The notes: generated by a model from the letters alone, not told the origin. Shown: positions 28,325-38,920, numbered from the stretch's first letter. The stretch is DNA of 64,000 bases from Candidatus Gottesmanbacteria bacterium (GCA_030679255.1 JAUXTO010000019.1:1699-65698); one strand, 5' to 3'. A program made the numbers and translations.

Positions 28325-28828
28325 TTACCCTCCCCGCTCCCATTTCATGAGCCGTCGGTACCAGGTCATGAATCGTGCGATGGGGATTGCTTTAGGAGCT
28401 GCATGCAACCGGTTACCGCCCTCTACGAGGAATTTCTCATAGAGAAGGGTATTCACGCGGTTGACGACCGTTTCCGCATCAGAAAAATGCGTGAGAATTT
28501 CCTCCCGCGTGATCGGACCATGGCGCCGGACAAGAAACAATACCTTCATCGAGGGACTCCGTGCGTCAAAAAAGAAACTCATGAAAAACAAAAAATGCGC
28601 GCCGGAAAAAAGAAGAAAGAGAAATAGAGCGCTCATTGGTAGAGTTCCGGGTATCTTGAAATAAAGTAGCCAACCAATGACCATGGCGCTTGGAATAAAA
28701 ATAAGAAAACTATTCTTCGTCAGCTTTCCAAATCCCAACGCGAGGGCACGGTGAAGAATAACATGAATCAAAGCAGTCAGGAGATACCAGCCCAAACTCA
28801 CAAAAAATTGCACCATAGAAATCCTCAC
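28325..28828 (-). CDS. Small membrane protein, paralogue of the preceding gene
   Basis: Three TMs, then 'SPSMKVLFL...RVNTL'. Confidence 0.7.
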   Translation of the reverse strand: MRISMVQFFVSLGWYLLTALIHVILHRALALGFGKLTKNSFLIFIPSAMVIGWLLYFKIPGTLPMSALFLFLLFSGAHFLFFMSFFFDARSPSMKVLFLVRRHGPITREEILTHFSDAETVVNRVNTLLYEKFLVEGGNRLHAAPKAIPIARFMTWYRRLMKWERGG

Positions 28829-29535
28829 TGTTTTCTCAATGTTCCGGTTATATCTTCTGATACGAGGTCAACGAGAATTTTCGCGGTATGATAGATCGTT
28901 TTCCACCGGAATACCGACGCGACCCCGCTCCTTCGCGGTTCAAACAAAAATGGAATCTCGAGTAGGGTTGCTCCTCGGCCAATAAGGCGGATCCGGAGTT
29001 CTGCAAGAAACGTATTCCCATCGCTCGCCAGCCCCGCTTGTTTTACGAGCGACGTTTTACACATAAACGGCCCGGTATAGTAGCGCAGATCGAGGTGAAA
29101 CAAGAGGTTGCAGACCGTCACAAACAGATGGGAAATTATTCTCCGGTCAATCGTGCGCATGAGGGGGTTGGCCATATAGGCCGAGATAAAATCGGCTTTA
29201 TTGCGGGCTTTGATCAAATCTTCAAGCGATTCTTTTTTCATCTCGTTGTCGCTTGGAAACAGGGTCGTGTAGTCAAAGGAGGCTCGTGCCAGTCCCAAAC
29301 GGAAGGCGTGTCCGAATCCCATATTTTGTGGGGATTGGATGACCTGCACATGAGGAGATTTTTTGGCTATCTTCTGGGCGGCTGCCCCTGTATCATCGCT
29401 ACTGCCATCATTGATAATGATAATTTCGTACGGAATGCGCAATTTTTTGCAAACATCCGATACAGAAGAGACCGCGCGATCCAGATTGCCGGCTTCGTTA
29501 TACGCGGGCATGATGATACTTATTCCGGCTTTCAT
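28825..29535 (-). CDS. GT2 polyprenol-phosphate glycosyltransferase
   Basis: IIMPAYNE, INDGSSD, NMGFG, PSDNE. Confidence 0.9.
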   Translation of the reverse strand: MKAGISIIMPAYNEAGNLDRAVSSVSDVCKKLRIPYEIIIINDGSSDDTGAAAQKIAKKSPHVQVIQSPQNMGFGHAFRLGLARASFDYTTLFPSDNEMKKESLEDLIKARNKADFISAYMANPLMRTIDRRIISHLFVTVCNLLFHLDLRYYTGPFMCKTSLVKQAGLASDGNTFLAELRIRLIGRGATLLEIPFLFEPRRSGVASVFRWKTIYHTAKILVDLVSEDITGTLRKQ

Positions 29536-30662
29536 ACCTTGGTATAAAATTTTTGGATCACGGAGACGATCTGCCCCACATCACGGCCCGTCATATATTG
29601 GTGGCACGGGAGGGTGAGGATCGTATCGGCCTGCCGCTCGCACACCGGGAAATCTCCCTTTTTGTATCCGAGATACCGTGCGGCTTTCTGCAAATGAATC
29701 GGGGTGGGATATTGGATAACCGCCTCTATGCCTTGTTTGGCAAGATACGTGATCAATGCGTCCCGACGTTTGGCCATCACGACATAATTGGTGTACGTGT
29801 GAACAATAGGAGCTGTACACAAATTTCTGTCGGGTACATGCACATGCCCAGCTAACGGCTTGAGGAGCCGATCGTAGAGGACGGCAAGCGACCGGCGCTT
29901 TTTGACGACACCGGGCATCTGGGGCAGGAGAACGGAGGCAATCGCGGCGTGAATGGTGTCCAGCCTGCTGTTATGGGCAAAAAATTCAACTTCGTTTCTC
30001 GTCTTTAACCCGTGGTTACGCCAAAGTTTGAGCTTGGTGGCGAGTGTCGCGTCATTGGTCGTAATCATGCCGCCGTCCCCCCAGACGTGGAGAATCTTCA
30101 TAGGATGGAAACTGTAGGCCCCCGCCGTCCCAATGGTCCCCAAATATTTGCTGCCGTAGCGAGCGAGAAATGCCTGCGCCACATCTTCAACGACTGCCAG
30201 ATGGTGGCGCTTGGCGATAGCCATAATGGGCTTCATGTCCGCCGGTTGTCCCGTAAGATGGACGGGAATAATGGCTTTTGTTTTTTTCGTGATTACTTTT
30301 TGGATACATGCTGGATCGATAGTGTAGTCATCCCGCACATCAGCAAACACCGGACGGGCGCCGGTCAGGGCGATAGCCGCCGCTGTCGCGACAAAACTAT
30401 TTGGGGCGGTGATGACCTCGTCTCCTACCCCGATGCCAAGGGCTTTGAGAATAAGATACAACGCATCCGTACCGTTGCCAACCCCGATGACATGTTTGAC
30501 GCCCAGTATTTTGGCAGCCTGCGCTTCAAAAACAGCAACCTCTTTTCCTAAGGTAAAATCCCCGCGCCGGGCAACGGCTTCAATTTTTTTAAGATACGTG
30601 CCCGGCCGTTCGAACTGTTTTTTGAGATACGCGTAGGGCAATGTCCATGCTGGTGATTTCAT
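29532..30662 (-). CDS. DegT/DnrJ/EryC1/StrS sugar aminotransferase
   Basis: GNGTDAL, PVHLTG, EDVAQA, SFHPMK (PLP lysine), GDGG, NSRLD. Confidence 0.95.
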   Translation of the reverse strand: MKSPAWTLPYAYLKKQFERPGTYLKKIEAVARRGDFTLGKEVAVFEAQAAKILGVKHVIGVGNGTDALYLILKALGIGVGDEVITAPNSFVATAAAIALTGARPVFADVRDDYTIDPACIQKVITKKTKAIIPVHLTGQPADMKPIMAIAKRHHLAVVEDVAQAFLARYGSKYLGTIGTAGAYSFHPMKILHVWGDGGMITTNDATLATKLKLWRNHGLKTRNEVEFFAHNSRLDTIHAAIASVLLPQMPGVVKKRRSLAVLYDRLLKPLAGHVHVPDRNLCTAPIVHTYTNYVVMAKRRDALITYLAKQGIEAVIQYPTPIHLQKAARYLGYKKGDFPVCERQADTILTLPCHQYMTGRDVGQIVSVIQKFYTKV

Positions 30663-30709
30663 ACGATATCGCCTACTCTAGCACGGGAAAGAATTTTGTG
30701 CAATGAAGA

Positions 30710-31786
30710 TTAAAATGGGCCGGTGAAGGTAGGGTCGGGCTGGTCGGGGGAAAATCCGGGTACCTCGGTGATTGCCGCGGCGTATTCCTTTACGATGCGA
30801 GCAACAACTGTCTGCTTCCTCCCGCACAACACAAGCGCGCTTCGCAGGATATCGATGCCCGTGGGGTAATACGATCCAGCCAGTGCCGGGCTCGTAGGGG
30901 TGGGCATATCCGGGAGCGCAATACGCACCGGCGGCATAGCAAAATGAACCCCGGCCTCGGCAACCATTGCCACGATCTCCGCTCCGATGCCAAAGGATTT
31001 CCAGCCGGTATCAGCGACGATCAGACGGTGGGTTTTTTGCACTGATTTGACGATGGTGTTGCGGTCTAGCGGTCGGATAGACCGCAGGTCAACCACTTCC
31101 GCGGCAATCCCCTCTTGAAGGAGTGCCTCGGCAGCTCTCATCGCTTCAATCGTCATGTACGACGCGGCGACAATCGTCACATCCCTCCCAGCTTTAGCAA
31201 CCCGCGCGTTCCCGATCGGGACTTCGTAATATCCTTTCGGCACATCTCCCGTCAGGGCGTGGAGCCAGCGGTGTTCAATGAAGATAACTGGATTGTTATC
31301 GCCAATGGCAGACAGTAACAAGCCCTTCGCATCAGCGGGGACAGCAGGCATGACCACTTTTAAACCTGGAATATGAGCAAAAAGAGCCTGTAAACTTTGT
31401 GAGTGCTGCGGCCCCGGCCCCCATCCCCTCCCCACGACCATACGGATCACAAGAGGAACGCTTTGCTTTTGGCCGAACATAAAGTACCACTTTGCCGCAG
31501 TATTGACGATGGCGTCAAAAGACATAAGCGTAAAGTCCATGCGCGCGTGGACCATAATCGGGCGCATGCCGGAAATAGCGGCCCCCACACAGATGCCAGT
31601 CATCCCGTTTTCGGCAACGGGCATATCCATGACCCGGCCGGGAAATTTTTGTGCGAGTCCAATGGTCGTCCCGAATATACCCTTCGCGTCCGGCACGCCC
31701 TCGCCGATGACAAACACGGACGGGTCGCGGGTAAGGGCGATTTCCTGGGCCTCGTTTATCGCCTGGGCGTAGGTTACGGTTCTCAT
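30710..31786 (-). CDS. TPP-dependent 2-oxoacid dehydrogenase E1 beta-like subunit
   Basis: DMPVAENG, QHSQS, IPGLKVV, VVDLRSIRPLD. Confidence 0.93.
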   Translation of the reverse strand: MRTVTYAQAINEAQEIALTRDPSVFVIGEGVPDAKGIFGTTIGLAQKFPGRVMDMPVAENGMTGICVGAAISGMRPIMVHARMDFTLMSFDAIVNTAAKWYFMFGQKQSVPLVIRMVVGRGWGPGPQHSQSLQALFAHIPGLKVVMPAVPADAKGLLLSAIGDNNPVIFIEHRWLHALTGDVPKGYYEVPIGNARVAKAGRDVTIVAASYMTIEAMRAAEALLQEGIAAEVVDLRSIRPLDRNTIVKSVQKTHRLIVADTGWKSFGIGAEIVAMVAEAGVHFAMPPVRIALPDMPTPTSPALAGSYYPTGIDILRSALVLCGRKQTVVARIVKEYAAAITEVPGFSPDQPDPTFTGPF

Positions 31787-32739
31787 GATTGATGATCCTC
31801 CTTATACACAAGCCGTTCGTCTTCCCTATTCACCGATGGAAAAGGGCTCTTGCGGGCAAAGGAAAAAGCGTCCCGGATTTCCTTGCTGATTTTTTCTTTC
31901 ATGGAATCAATCTCTTTTCCTTTAAAAAGCCGTCCCATGCGGGAGAGCGGATCATTCTTTTTCCATCGCGCGAGCTCCCCCGCCGGACGCAGCGCAGGCC
32001 CATCCTCGTGAGGTCCGCAATGCTCCAAAAACCGGTACGTCAGACATTCCAAAAAACCCGGCCCCTTCCCGTTTCGGATGAACCCGACAAATTTGTTGGC
32101 GGCTGTGTACACCGCTCCCGAGTCTTGACCGTCCACGGTTTGAGCGGTCATGCCATGGCCACTGGCAAGATTTGCGATAGGACGGCGGGCCTGACGGTCA
32201 AGGATATTCGTGACTGTTGAATACATATTGTTTTCACAAACAAAGAGGACCGGAAGTTTCCTGAGAACGGCAAAATTCATGGCTTCATGTGCTATCCCCT
32301 CCTCGACTGCCGCATCGCCGAAAAAACAAACGGCAATACCCGGCTTCTTGAGCATCGTGCGCGAAAACGCAACTCCTACAGCAACGGGAATGGTGGATGC
32401 AACGATAGGGGCGGCTCCCAAAAAATTCGCATCCAGGTCGATAAGGTGCATTGAGCCACCGATGCCTTCGGAACACCCTGTTGCTTTCCCATAAAGCTCG
32501 GCTATCATTGCTCTCAAGCTCCCGCCTTTGGCCAAATAATGTCCATGGGAGCGATGGGTGGAGAAGACCACATCTTCCTTTTTAAGAGCTGCGCAGACAC
32601 CTGCCGCAATTGCCTCCTGCCCGATGCAAAGGTGCGTGGGGCAGCGCATTTCCTGTTTCGGATACTCTCGGGCTATCGCCTCCTCCACCATACGGATACG
32701 GAGCATTTCGTAGAATAGCTTTTTATCTATTTTTATCAT
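31783..32739 (-). CDS. TPP-dependent E1 alpha-like subunit
   Basis: HLCIGQEA, THRSHGH, GGSMH, FFGDAA...CENN (TPP motif), TYRFLEH. Confidence 0.93.
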   Translation of the reverse strand: MIKIDKKLFYEMLRIRMVEEAIAREYPKQEMRCPTHLCIGQEAIAAGVCAALKKEDVVFSTHRSHGHYLAKGGSLRAMIAELYGKATGCSEGIGGSMHLIDLDANFLGAAPIVASTIPVAVGVAFSRTMLKKPGIAVCFFGDAAVEEGIAHEAMNFAVLRKLPVLFVCENNMYSTVTNILDRQARRPIANLASGHGMTAQTVDGQDSGAVYTAANKFVGFIRNGKGPGFLECLTYRFLEHCGPHEDGPALRPAGELARWKKNDPLSRMGRLFKGKEIDSMKEKISKEIRDAFSFARKSPFPSVNREDERLVYKEDHQS

Positions 32740-32751
32740 AGATCACCTATA

Positions 32752-33747
32752 TTACCGAGGGTACTTAGGAAAGTTTGCTTGCATGACCCTGATGTTGTAA
32801 TATTTTTTGTTTGTAAGTACATCCGGCAATAGTCCTCTTTCATAGGCAATTTTAATATCCCCTATCGCTTCCTCGACGGTGTGACGGGAAGTAAATCCCA
32901 ACTCATTCTTAATTTTTTCTGATGAGATGTGATAGGAACGGTTATCGTTCGTGGGCTTCACGTCAATGACAATAGATGGATCTCCCAATACCCGTTTAAC
33001 CATCAGAGCCAACTCCATGACGGAATAATTTTGATACCCTGCATTGTAAATCTTTCCTGCGATCTTTTTCTTTGGCGACTCAAGAAGAGTCATATATGCC
33101 CTACACATATCGGTAATATGAATATTCGGGCGCTTTTGCGCTCCGCCAAAAACAGTAATGGATTTTTGTGTGAGCGCGCTCATTGTCAAAATATTCACCG
33201 AGAGATCCAGCCGCATCCGGGGAGAGTACCCGCATACCGTCGCGGGCCGGATGATGACCGGAGTGAAATCACCATCTTGTTTGGATAATAAATATTGTTC
33301 ACAACGTGCCTTGTATTTGGAATAATCGGTGAGAGGCTCGAGGGGTAAATCTTCCGTAACATTTTTTTCGGCTTTCACGCCATAGACGCTTGAGCTCGAG
33401 GCATAGATGAATCGCCGGACGCCTGCTTTTTTGGACTGATCAATAAGCGCGGTCGTCGCATCAAAATTAATGGATTTGCCTAAGGTAGGATCGAGCTCAA
33501 AACTCGGATCGTTGGAGATACACGCCAGATGGATGACCGTATCAATGCCCTTGAGGGACTTTTTGATCACAGCCGGATCGCGGATATCCCCCCGGACACA
33601 TTCAAGATTCTTGTGCGTCGTCAATACGTCGCCATACAGAAACAAGTCAAGAACACGGACACGATACCCTTTTTTCAACAACAATGGCACGAGGACTGCT
33701 CCGACGTACCCCGCCCCACCGGTGATCAACACGTTCTTATTTGTCAT
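32752..33747 (-). CDS. NAD-dependent epimerase/dehydratase (extended SDR)
   Basis: TGGAGYVG, HLACISND, SSSVYG, YSKYK, RPATVCG. Confidence 0.93.
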   Translation of the reverse strand: MTNKNVLITGGAGYVGAVLVPLLLKKGYRVRVLDLFLYGDVLTTHKNLECVRGDIRDPAVIKKSLKGIDTVIHLACISNDPSFELDPTLGKSINFDATTALIDQSKKAGVRRFIYASSSSVYGVKAEKNVTEDLPLEPLTDYSKYKARCEQYLLSKQDGDFTPVIIRPATVCGYSPRMRLDLSVNILTMSALTQKSITVFGGAQKRPNIHITDMCRAYMTLLESPKKKIAGKIYNAGYQNYSVMELALMVKRVLGDPSIVIDVKPTNDNRSYHISSEKIKNELGFTSRHTVEEAIGDIKIAYERGLLPDVLTNKKYYNIRVMQANFPKYPR

Positions 33748-33770
33748 AGGATAAAGAATTGTGTCATCCT

Positions 33771-34811
33771 CTAACGCAATAATTTTGATATAAATCGCGT
33801 CAGATCATCAAACGTAATCGGTGTTTTATTGCCGACGGTTTGTATTTTGATCGCTGCAGCAGCGTTTCCCACAAAAAGCGCCGTAGATAAATCCATGCCC
33901 ATTGCCAAACACGGTGCAATGACGGAATACAGCGCATCCCCTGCCCCTACCCGGTCAACTATCGTATCGGTGAAGGCCGGCACATCGACAAATCCCTTTT
34001 CTTTATTGTAGCCGGTGCTGCCGTGAGCGCCGCGGGTGACGATAAGCGTCTGGGTATGGAGATGCCGTGCGACCATCTTGGCAAGCCTCAAGACATCGCT
34101 ATAGCGGTCATGCGTCGCAAGTCTAATCTCATGGATATCGGTGGTGGCAATATCTGCCCGCGGATATTTCGTGATGATATTAAATCCATAGTTGGCACTA
34201 TTAGCCTGGACGTTGATGGCCAGGAGCTTGGCTTTTCGGGTAATGAGCCGGATGAGTTTTGGGGTCAAAAATCCATGACCAAAGTCATTGACCATGATCA
34301 GGTCATATTTCGGAAGTTCGCGTTTCAAATACACCGCAATGGTTTTTTCGAGTGTCGGACTGATGAAATCGTCCCAGATAAAACTCACTTGAAATAATTT
34401 TTGGTTGGCGTATTGGTCAATATACCGGCGTTTGATAATGGTCGACCCTTCCCGGAAAAAAAACTTCGGCTTAATCGATTTTTTTAGATGCGTACGGATG
34501 AACGGTTCGCAAGAAGGAGATTTGCCTAAGAGTGTGACCAGTGTGACATTGTCCGAAAGCGCCGCAGTATGGTTGACGGTTGCTAACGCCCCGCCGGCGT
34601 AAGATTCTTCCCGTGCGTAGCGGTGGACCACGAGCGGTTCTTTGGAGGATTTCCCCATGGGCGTCGTGTAGTGATACTCATCGATGATCGCCTCCCCAAT
34701 GACGAGGATCTTCATGGATCGAAGTTTTCCCAGTTCCTCAATAACAGTCCGGGCGCTATGACTTTTGGAAAATGATGATAGGAAACTCGCGCGGTCAATA
34801 GGTTCCTGCAT
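33771..34811 (-). CDS. PfkB/HldE-kinase-like sugar kinase
   Basis: IGEAIIDEY, DFGHG, VTRG, DRVGAGD. Start chosen 7 nt after TATGAT. Confidence 0.88.
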   Translation of the reverse strand: MQEPIDRASFLSSFSKSHSARTVIEELGKLRSMKILVIGEAIIDEYHYTTPMGKSSKEPLVVHRYAREESYAGGALATVNHTAALSDNVTLVTLLGKSPSCEPFIRTHLKKSIKPKFFFREGSTIIKRRYIDQYANQKLFQVSFIWDDFISPTLEKTIAVYLKRELPKYDLIMVNDFGHGFLTPKLIRLITRKAKLLAINVQANSANYGFNIITKYPRADIATTDIHEIRLATHDRYSDVLRLAKMVARHLHTQTLIVTRGAHGSTGYNKEKGFVDVPAFTDTIVDRVGAGDALYSVIAPCLAMGMDLSTALFVGNAAAAIKIQTVGNKTPITFDDLTRFISKLLR

Positions 34812-34909
34812 GGGTGTCATCATATACCACTCCGCTTTATTTTTGCAATCAAAGCTTCGCCGGCACAAGGCACGCGAGGGGCAAGATTCAAGAGTGTCTC
34901 AAAAAACTA

Positions 34910-35329
34910 TTATTTCGGCCAGAGAAAGGCGCCGAGCATTTCGTCCAACATCAGTTCTTTTTCTTCGCCGGACTCGTGAGTGAGAAGGATCGTCATGGGA
35001 ATGCCTGACCGCTTTTGGCTTTCATACAGGAGCTGTTTGCACATGTGGCAGGGATAAGCAAATTGTCCTTTTTCAAGTTTCTCATTACTCAAGCACGCCA
35101 TCGTAACGACCTCCCCTTCTCCGTGGGCTGCGGCGTGAACCAGGGCGCACTGTTCTCCGTGGAGAGTCAATGAATATGTATCGGAAAAATATTGGGCTGC
35201 CGCGTACACGTTTCCGGATTTGGTGAGCACCGCTGCAGCATAGGTAGTGGCGGCACCTTTAGGATAGGAATTTTTCATCGCCTCCGTAAGGGCGGCTTTC
35301 AATTTCGTTTTCTGATGATCAGTAAGCAT
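34910..35329 (-). CDS. cdd: Cytidine deaminase family protein
   Basis: HGE...PCHMC zinc motif. Confidence 0.8.
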   Translation of the reverse strand: MLTDHQKTKLKAALTEAMKNSYPKGAATTYAAAVLTKSGNVYAAAQYFSDTYSLTLHGEQCALVHAAAHGEGEVVTMACLSNEKLEKGQFAYPCHMCKQLLYESQKRSGIPMTILLTHESGEEKELMLDEMLGAFLWPK

Positions 35330-35359
35330 AAAGAGTTTACTAAATACTATCCTGCCCGA

Positions 35360-35839
35360 CTATCTCCACAATGAAAATTTCTTGGTTAATTCAGAAAGAG
35401 TCATACGGTCACCAAAAAAACAGATGCCATAATATTCAAGTTCCACCTCAACCGTTTCGCTTGTTCTCTGCTTTTGCTCTACGAACGTCCCAACGGTCAT
35501 GGTGTTTGTAAAATCTGTGAAGGGAATAGAATGTTCTTTAAGTGCATTCCTTAGTGTACGTATCTGGTTGGAGTTATCGCTCGATACTATGATAAAGGGA
35601 TTATCGGATATGCTGGGATGCACTCCCCCATCCTTGTCTCTATAGCTATCAAACCGCATGGCTTCTTTATCCGGCACAAGGGCAGAAAGACCAGCCGTCA
35701 TATGTCCCAAAGCGTTCATGAGCTTGCCGGTTTCAATTTTCTTATTGAGCACTGCAACAAATTTGTGTGTCGTGGGATTGGTATTCATAATCATTATTGT
35801 ATGAAGATAGTACTCGTTGCTATTTTCAAAGTCTAGCAC
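35360..35839 (-). CDS. DUF2000-family (PTH2-like fold) protein
   Basis: 'KFVAVLNKK...MNALGHM', 'YRDKDGGVH', 'TDFT', 'YYGICFFG...LTKKFSLW'. Start uncertain. Confidence 0.78.
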   Translation of the reverse strand: MLDFENSNEYYLHTIMIMNTNPTTHKFVAVLNKKIETGKLMNALGHMTAGLSALVPDKEAMRFDSYRDKDGGVHPSISDNPFIIVSSDNSNQIRTLRNALKEHSIPFTDFTNTMTVGTFVEQKQRTSETVEVELEYYGICFFGDRMTLSELTKKFSLWR

Positions 35840-35895
35840 TCGTCTTCATGTGTTCGTCTTCATTTCGACAAAATACGACCAATAATCCAAAAAGT

Positions 35896-35926
35896 TAGCT
35901 TCGCAAGGCCAGGCCTTGCGAAGCTA
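35896..35926. repeat. 12-5-12 palindrome upstream of the RAYT
   Basis: tagcttcgcaaggccaggccttgcgaagcta, 24 nt before the ATG. Confidence 0.92.
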
Positions 35927-35950
35927 GAAATTCTATGATAGGTTGATGGT

Positions 35951-36667
35951 ATGCCAGCAAAAAATCGAACCAAACAATATGAGGAAGACGCCCGGTACCA
36001 TCTCTACAACCGAGGCGTGGATAAGCAAAAAATTTTTCGGGATCGTCAGGATCATAGTGTATTTCTCTCCTACCTCAAAACGTATTTAGAACCCAAGGAT
36101 GAAATCACTCTTCGGGCGACCATTATGGATGAAACTGCTTCCTGGAGGGCAAAAGGCCAAGCGATAAAGTTGCTTAGGCTAAATAATTTCTATGACAATC
36201 TCACCCTGCTTTCCTATTGTCTTATGCCCAATCATTTTCATTTTCTCGTGCATCAAAGAGATGAGGATGGCATAGACCGATTCGTCAATTCCCTGGGTAC
36301 ACGCTACACGATGTATTTCAACAAAAAATACAAACGCGTTGGTCCATTGTTTCAAGGAGTCTATAAAGCAGTACTTGTAAAAACCGATGACCAGCTTCTC
36401 TACCTCTCGAGATACATTCACCGAAACCCACTCGGATTAGATAAATCGAAAATATTAGCTTCGCAAGGCCTGGCCTTGCGAAGCTGGGAGTATAGTTCGT
36501 ATAAGGAATATTTGGCATTACGACAGACCAAATGGGTGAATCGAAAGGAAATACTCACTCAATTCGGAAAAAAAGGAACGACATCATATCAGTCGTTCGT
36601 TGAGGGATTTGATGAAAATGAAAACGCAGCCTATATTCTCCATGATACAGCTATCGACGTTGATTGA
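35951..36667 (+). mobile_element. REP-associated tyrosine transposase (RAYT / Y1 HUH, IS200-like)
   Basis: YHLYNRG, YCLMPNHFH (HUH), 'GPLFQG.YK', YIHRNP (catalytic Tyr), YSSY; flanked by palindromes. Confidence 0.92.
36456..36485. repeat. 12-5-12 palindrome inside the RAYT ORF
   Basis: Encodes LASQGLALRS between YIHRNP and YSSY. Confidence 0.92.
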
Positions 36668-36685
36668 CGTAATATTAGAAAAAAG

Positions 36686-38920
36686 CTAAATAGCTAGCTT
36701 CGCAAGGCCTGGCCTTGCGAAGCTAAAGATAATGACAAGTATGGTCAATATGCTTATTGCGGCGCCCCAAAGGACGATCGTTGGGCGGTAGGAAAAGACG
36801 ATCGTGTGGGTGCCCTTCGGGAGATAGAGCGTCCGGAAGGCGGCGTTGCTTTCAAAAATCGGAGTGCTTTTGCCGTCAACCGTTGCCTTCCATCCCGGAT
36901 ACATAACTTCGCTTGTGGCAAGAAACGCGTTACAGGGAGTAGCCGCGGTCAGTGATATTTTTCCATATCCGTAGGAATTGACAGTGACCGTTCCTTTAGT
37001 GTCCGCCGGACAATCCGGATTGAATCCCGATACATCCACTCGAGTCCCGTCCACGATGATTGTCGTTTTCGGGTCCACGCTCCCACGTTTGATTGCTGAT
37101 AATACCGCTTCCCTATTAGGTTCTTTTTGCATCTTCGTTGCGATAAAAAAGCGAGGGCTTACATTTTTATTTTCATACAACCTCCATCCGCGATTCTTAT
37201 TTTCTCTCACTAACTCAAATTGTTTCGTTGAAATATGTTTGATGGCATCACTCGCTATCGGCACGAGAATGTATTTAATGTTGAGATAATTTAAGTACGG
37301 TGATGTGATAGCACGAAACGGCGGGGTGGACTCGCTGTAGGAAAGCACGTCGGTAAATTTGTACCCGTTGGCGGCAAGGAGAAATTCGTACATATTGCGA
37401 AGTGGTGGCGTATCGTAACCGGATACGGACTGAATTTTATGCGCAATCGGCGCGTTAAACTCGAGGACGTCCCGCAGGGGATCGCCGTGATAAAAATTCG
37501 GGAGAAAACGATAGAGACTTTTGTCATTGATAAACGCGGAAACTAATGCGGTATCCTCGCTTTTTTCCGGAATGGGAACCAATGAAAGGTGGCGGCGGGC
37601 AAACGGAACGAGATCAAGGAGGAGTAAACCTACAACAATCACCTGCAATATTTTTGATTTGACCATGCTCAATCCAATTCCAAATAATACACTTGCCGAC
37701 AGCACAAAAAGCACGATGTGCCGAGCCGGAATACGGATTTGGCTGTAGAGAGGCATCCACGAACGAACCCAAGAAAAAAGATCGAGGGGCGCGTTCTGCC
37801 CCAACCACATCCATATCCCAAAAATACCGACGAGGACAAACGCCGGAATTTCCCACGATGTTTTCTTTTTCACGACCCACGAGGCGACCGCTAGAAGTGC
37901 AAAGAGAAGCGATACTTTTCCAAAGTACCCCACGTGCTCAAATCCGAAGCCCGAGTCCGGCAGACGCGAGTAAAAATAAAATGGATCTATAAATTCAAGC
38001 AGGTGTCCGACTGTCGGCGTCCCAAGTTGGGCCCAACTATCCGGAAACGAAAACGTCCGGATGCTATGGGCTATGAATTGGGCGTTGGGGAGAAGTTGGA
38101 TTACTGCCAGACCAAATCCGATTAATATTGCAGCTCCGACACGAACCATTGGTTGGAAAATAATAGATAGGTTAAGAGTTGTCATCCCCGTGCCTGTAGG
38201 GGATCCAGTTTTTACTCTGGATTCCCGCGTACGCGGGAATGACTGAAAAATATTATAGCATTGATAAATCAACATCATGATAAACACTCCTTCCAGCGTA
38301 AACACTGCAACCATCGGATGACCAGCCAATAGCTGTATGGCCAACGCCACCCCGGCAAACGCGATGTTTTTTCTGCTGATAGCTGATAGCTGACCCGCTT
38401 CGCCAAAACAGCGAGGCGAGCAGCTGAAAGCTAAAATCACCCACGGCATCCACGCCGATGCAGCAATGATATCGATGTGTCCGGCTGGAATGCGGGCCAC
38501 AAAGTACGCGGACAATCCGAAGGCGACTCCCGCCCCCCACGCGGCAATTTTTGACATTTGACCTTTGATATTTGACATTGCGCGAAGCGCGCAGTACATC
38601 CCGGACATCGCGATAAACAGATGCAGGGCAATGTACCAGGAAATAGCAGCATTGGTGGGCAACAATACAAATAAAATATTCGGGAGATACCAAAAGGGAA
38701 TTTGCGGATGCTCAAGATATGGCTGACCGCCGAAAATGTACGGATTCCACCACGGAATAGTTCCCAGTTTAAGCGACTCCCCCAAAAACTGCCGCTGCCA
38801 ATAATGGTACCGCCAGATATCCGGTCCAAATAATATTTTTCCCTCCGGTGGCCATAGAACTCCCCAAAACACCACGAGAACAAGGATGGCATAGGCCAAA
38901 AATGGAAAAAACTTTTTCAT
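36686..38920 (-). CDS. YfhO-family membrane protein
   Basis: PWWNPY.F.G.P, 'RIPARH', 'SGYD', 'YPGWKATVDG'. Confidence 0.88.
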   Translation of the reverse strand: MKKFFPFLAYAILVLVVFWGVLWPPEGKILFGPDIWRYHYWQRQFLGESLKLGTIPWWNPYIFGGQPYLEHPQIPFWYLPNILFVLLPTNAAISWYIALHLFIAMSGMYCALRAMSNIKGQMSKIAAWGAGVAFGLSAYFVARIPAGHIDIIAASAWMPWVILAFSCSPRCFGEAGQLSAISRKNIAFAGVALAIQLLAGHPMVAVFTLEGVFIMMLIYQCYNIFQSFPRTRESRVKTGSPTGTGMTTLNLSIIFQPMVRVGAAILIGFGLAVIQLLPNAQFIAHSIRTFSFPDSWAQLGTPTVGHLLEFIDPFYFYSRLPDSGFGFEHVGYFGKVSLLFALLAVASWVVKKKTSWEIPAFVLVGIFGIWMWLGQNAPLDLFSWVRSWMPLYSQIRIPARHIVLFVLSASVLFGIGLSMVKSKILQVIVVGLLLLDLVPFARRHLSLVPIPEKSEDTALVSAFINDKSLYRFLPNFYHGDPLRDVLEFNAPIAHKIQSVSGYDTPPLRNMYEFLLAANGYKFTDVLSYSESTPPFRAITSPYLNYLNIKYILVPIASDAIKHISTKQFELVRENKNRGWRLYENKNVSPRFFIATKMQKEPNREAVLSAIKRGSVDPKTTIIVDGTRVDVSGFNPDCPADTKGTVTVNSYGYGKISLTAATPCNAFLATSEVMYPGWKATVDGKSTPIFESNAAFRTLYLPKGTHTIVFSYRPTIVLWGAAISILTILVIIFSFARPGLAKLAI
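36695..36725. repeat. 12-5-12 palindrome downstream of the RAYT, in the last codons of the YfhO-like gene
   Basis: Encodes SFARPGLAKL just before the stop of 36686-38920. Confidence 0.92.

Noticed and set aside
30710-32739. Central-metabolism pyruvate dehydrogenase
   Set aside because: No E2/E3 nearby and the genes sit in a sugar-biosynthesis operon.
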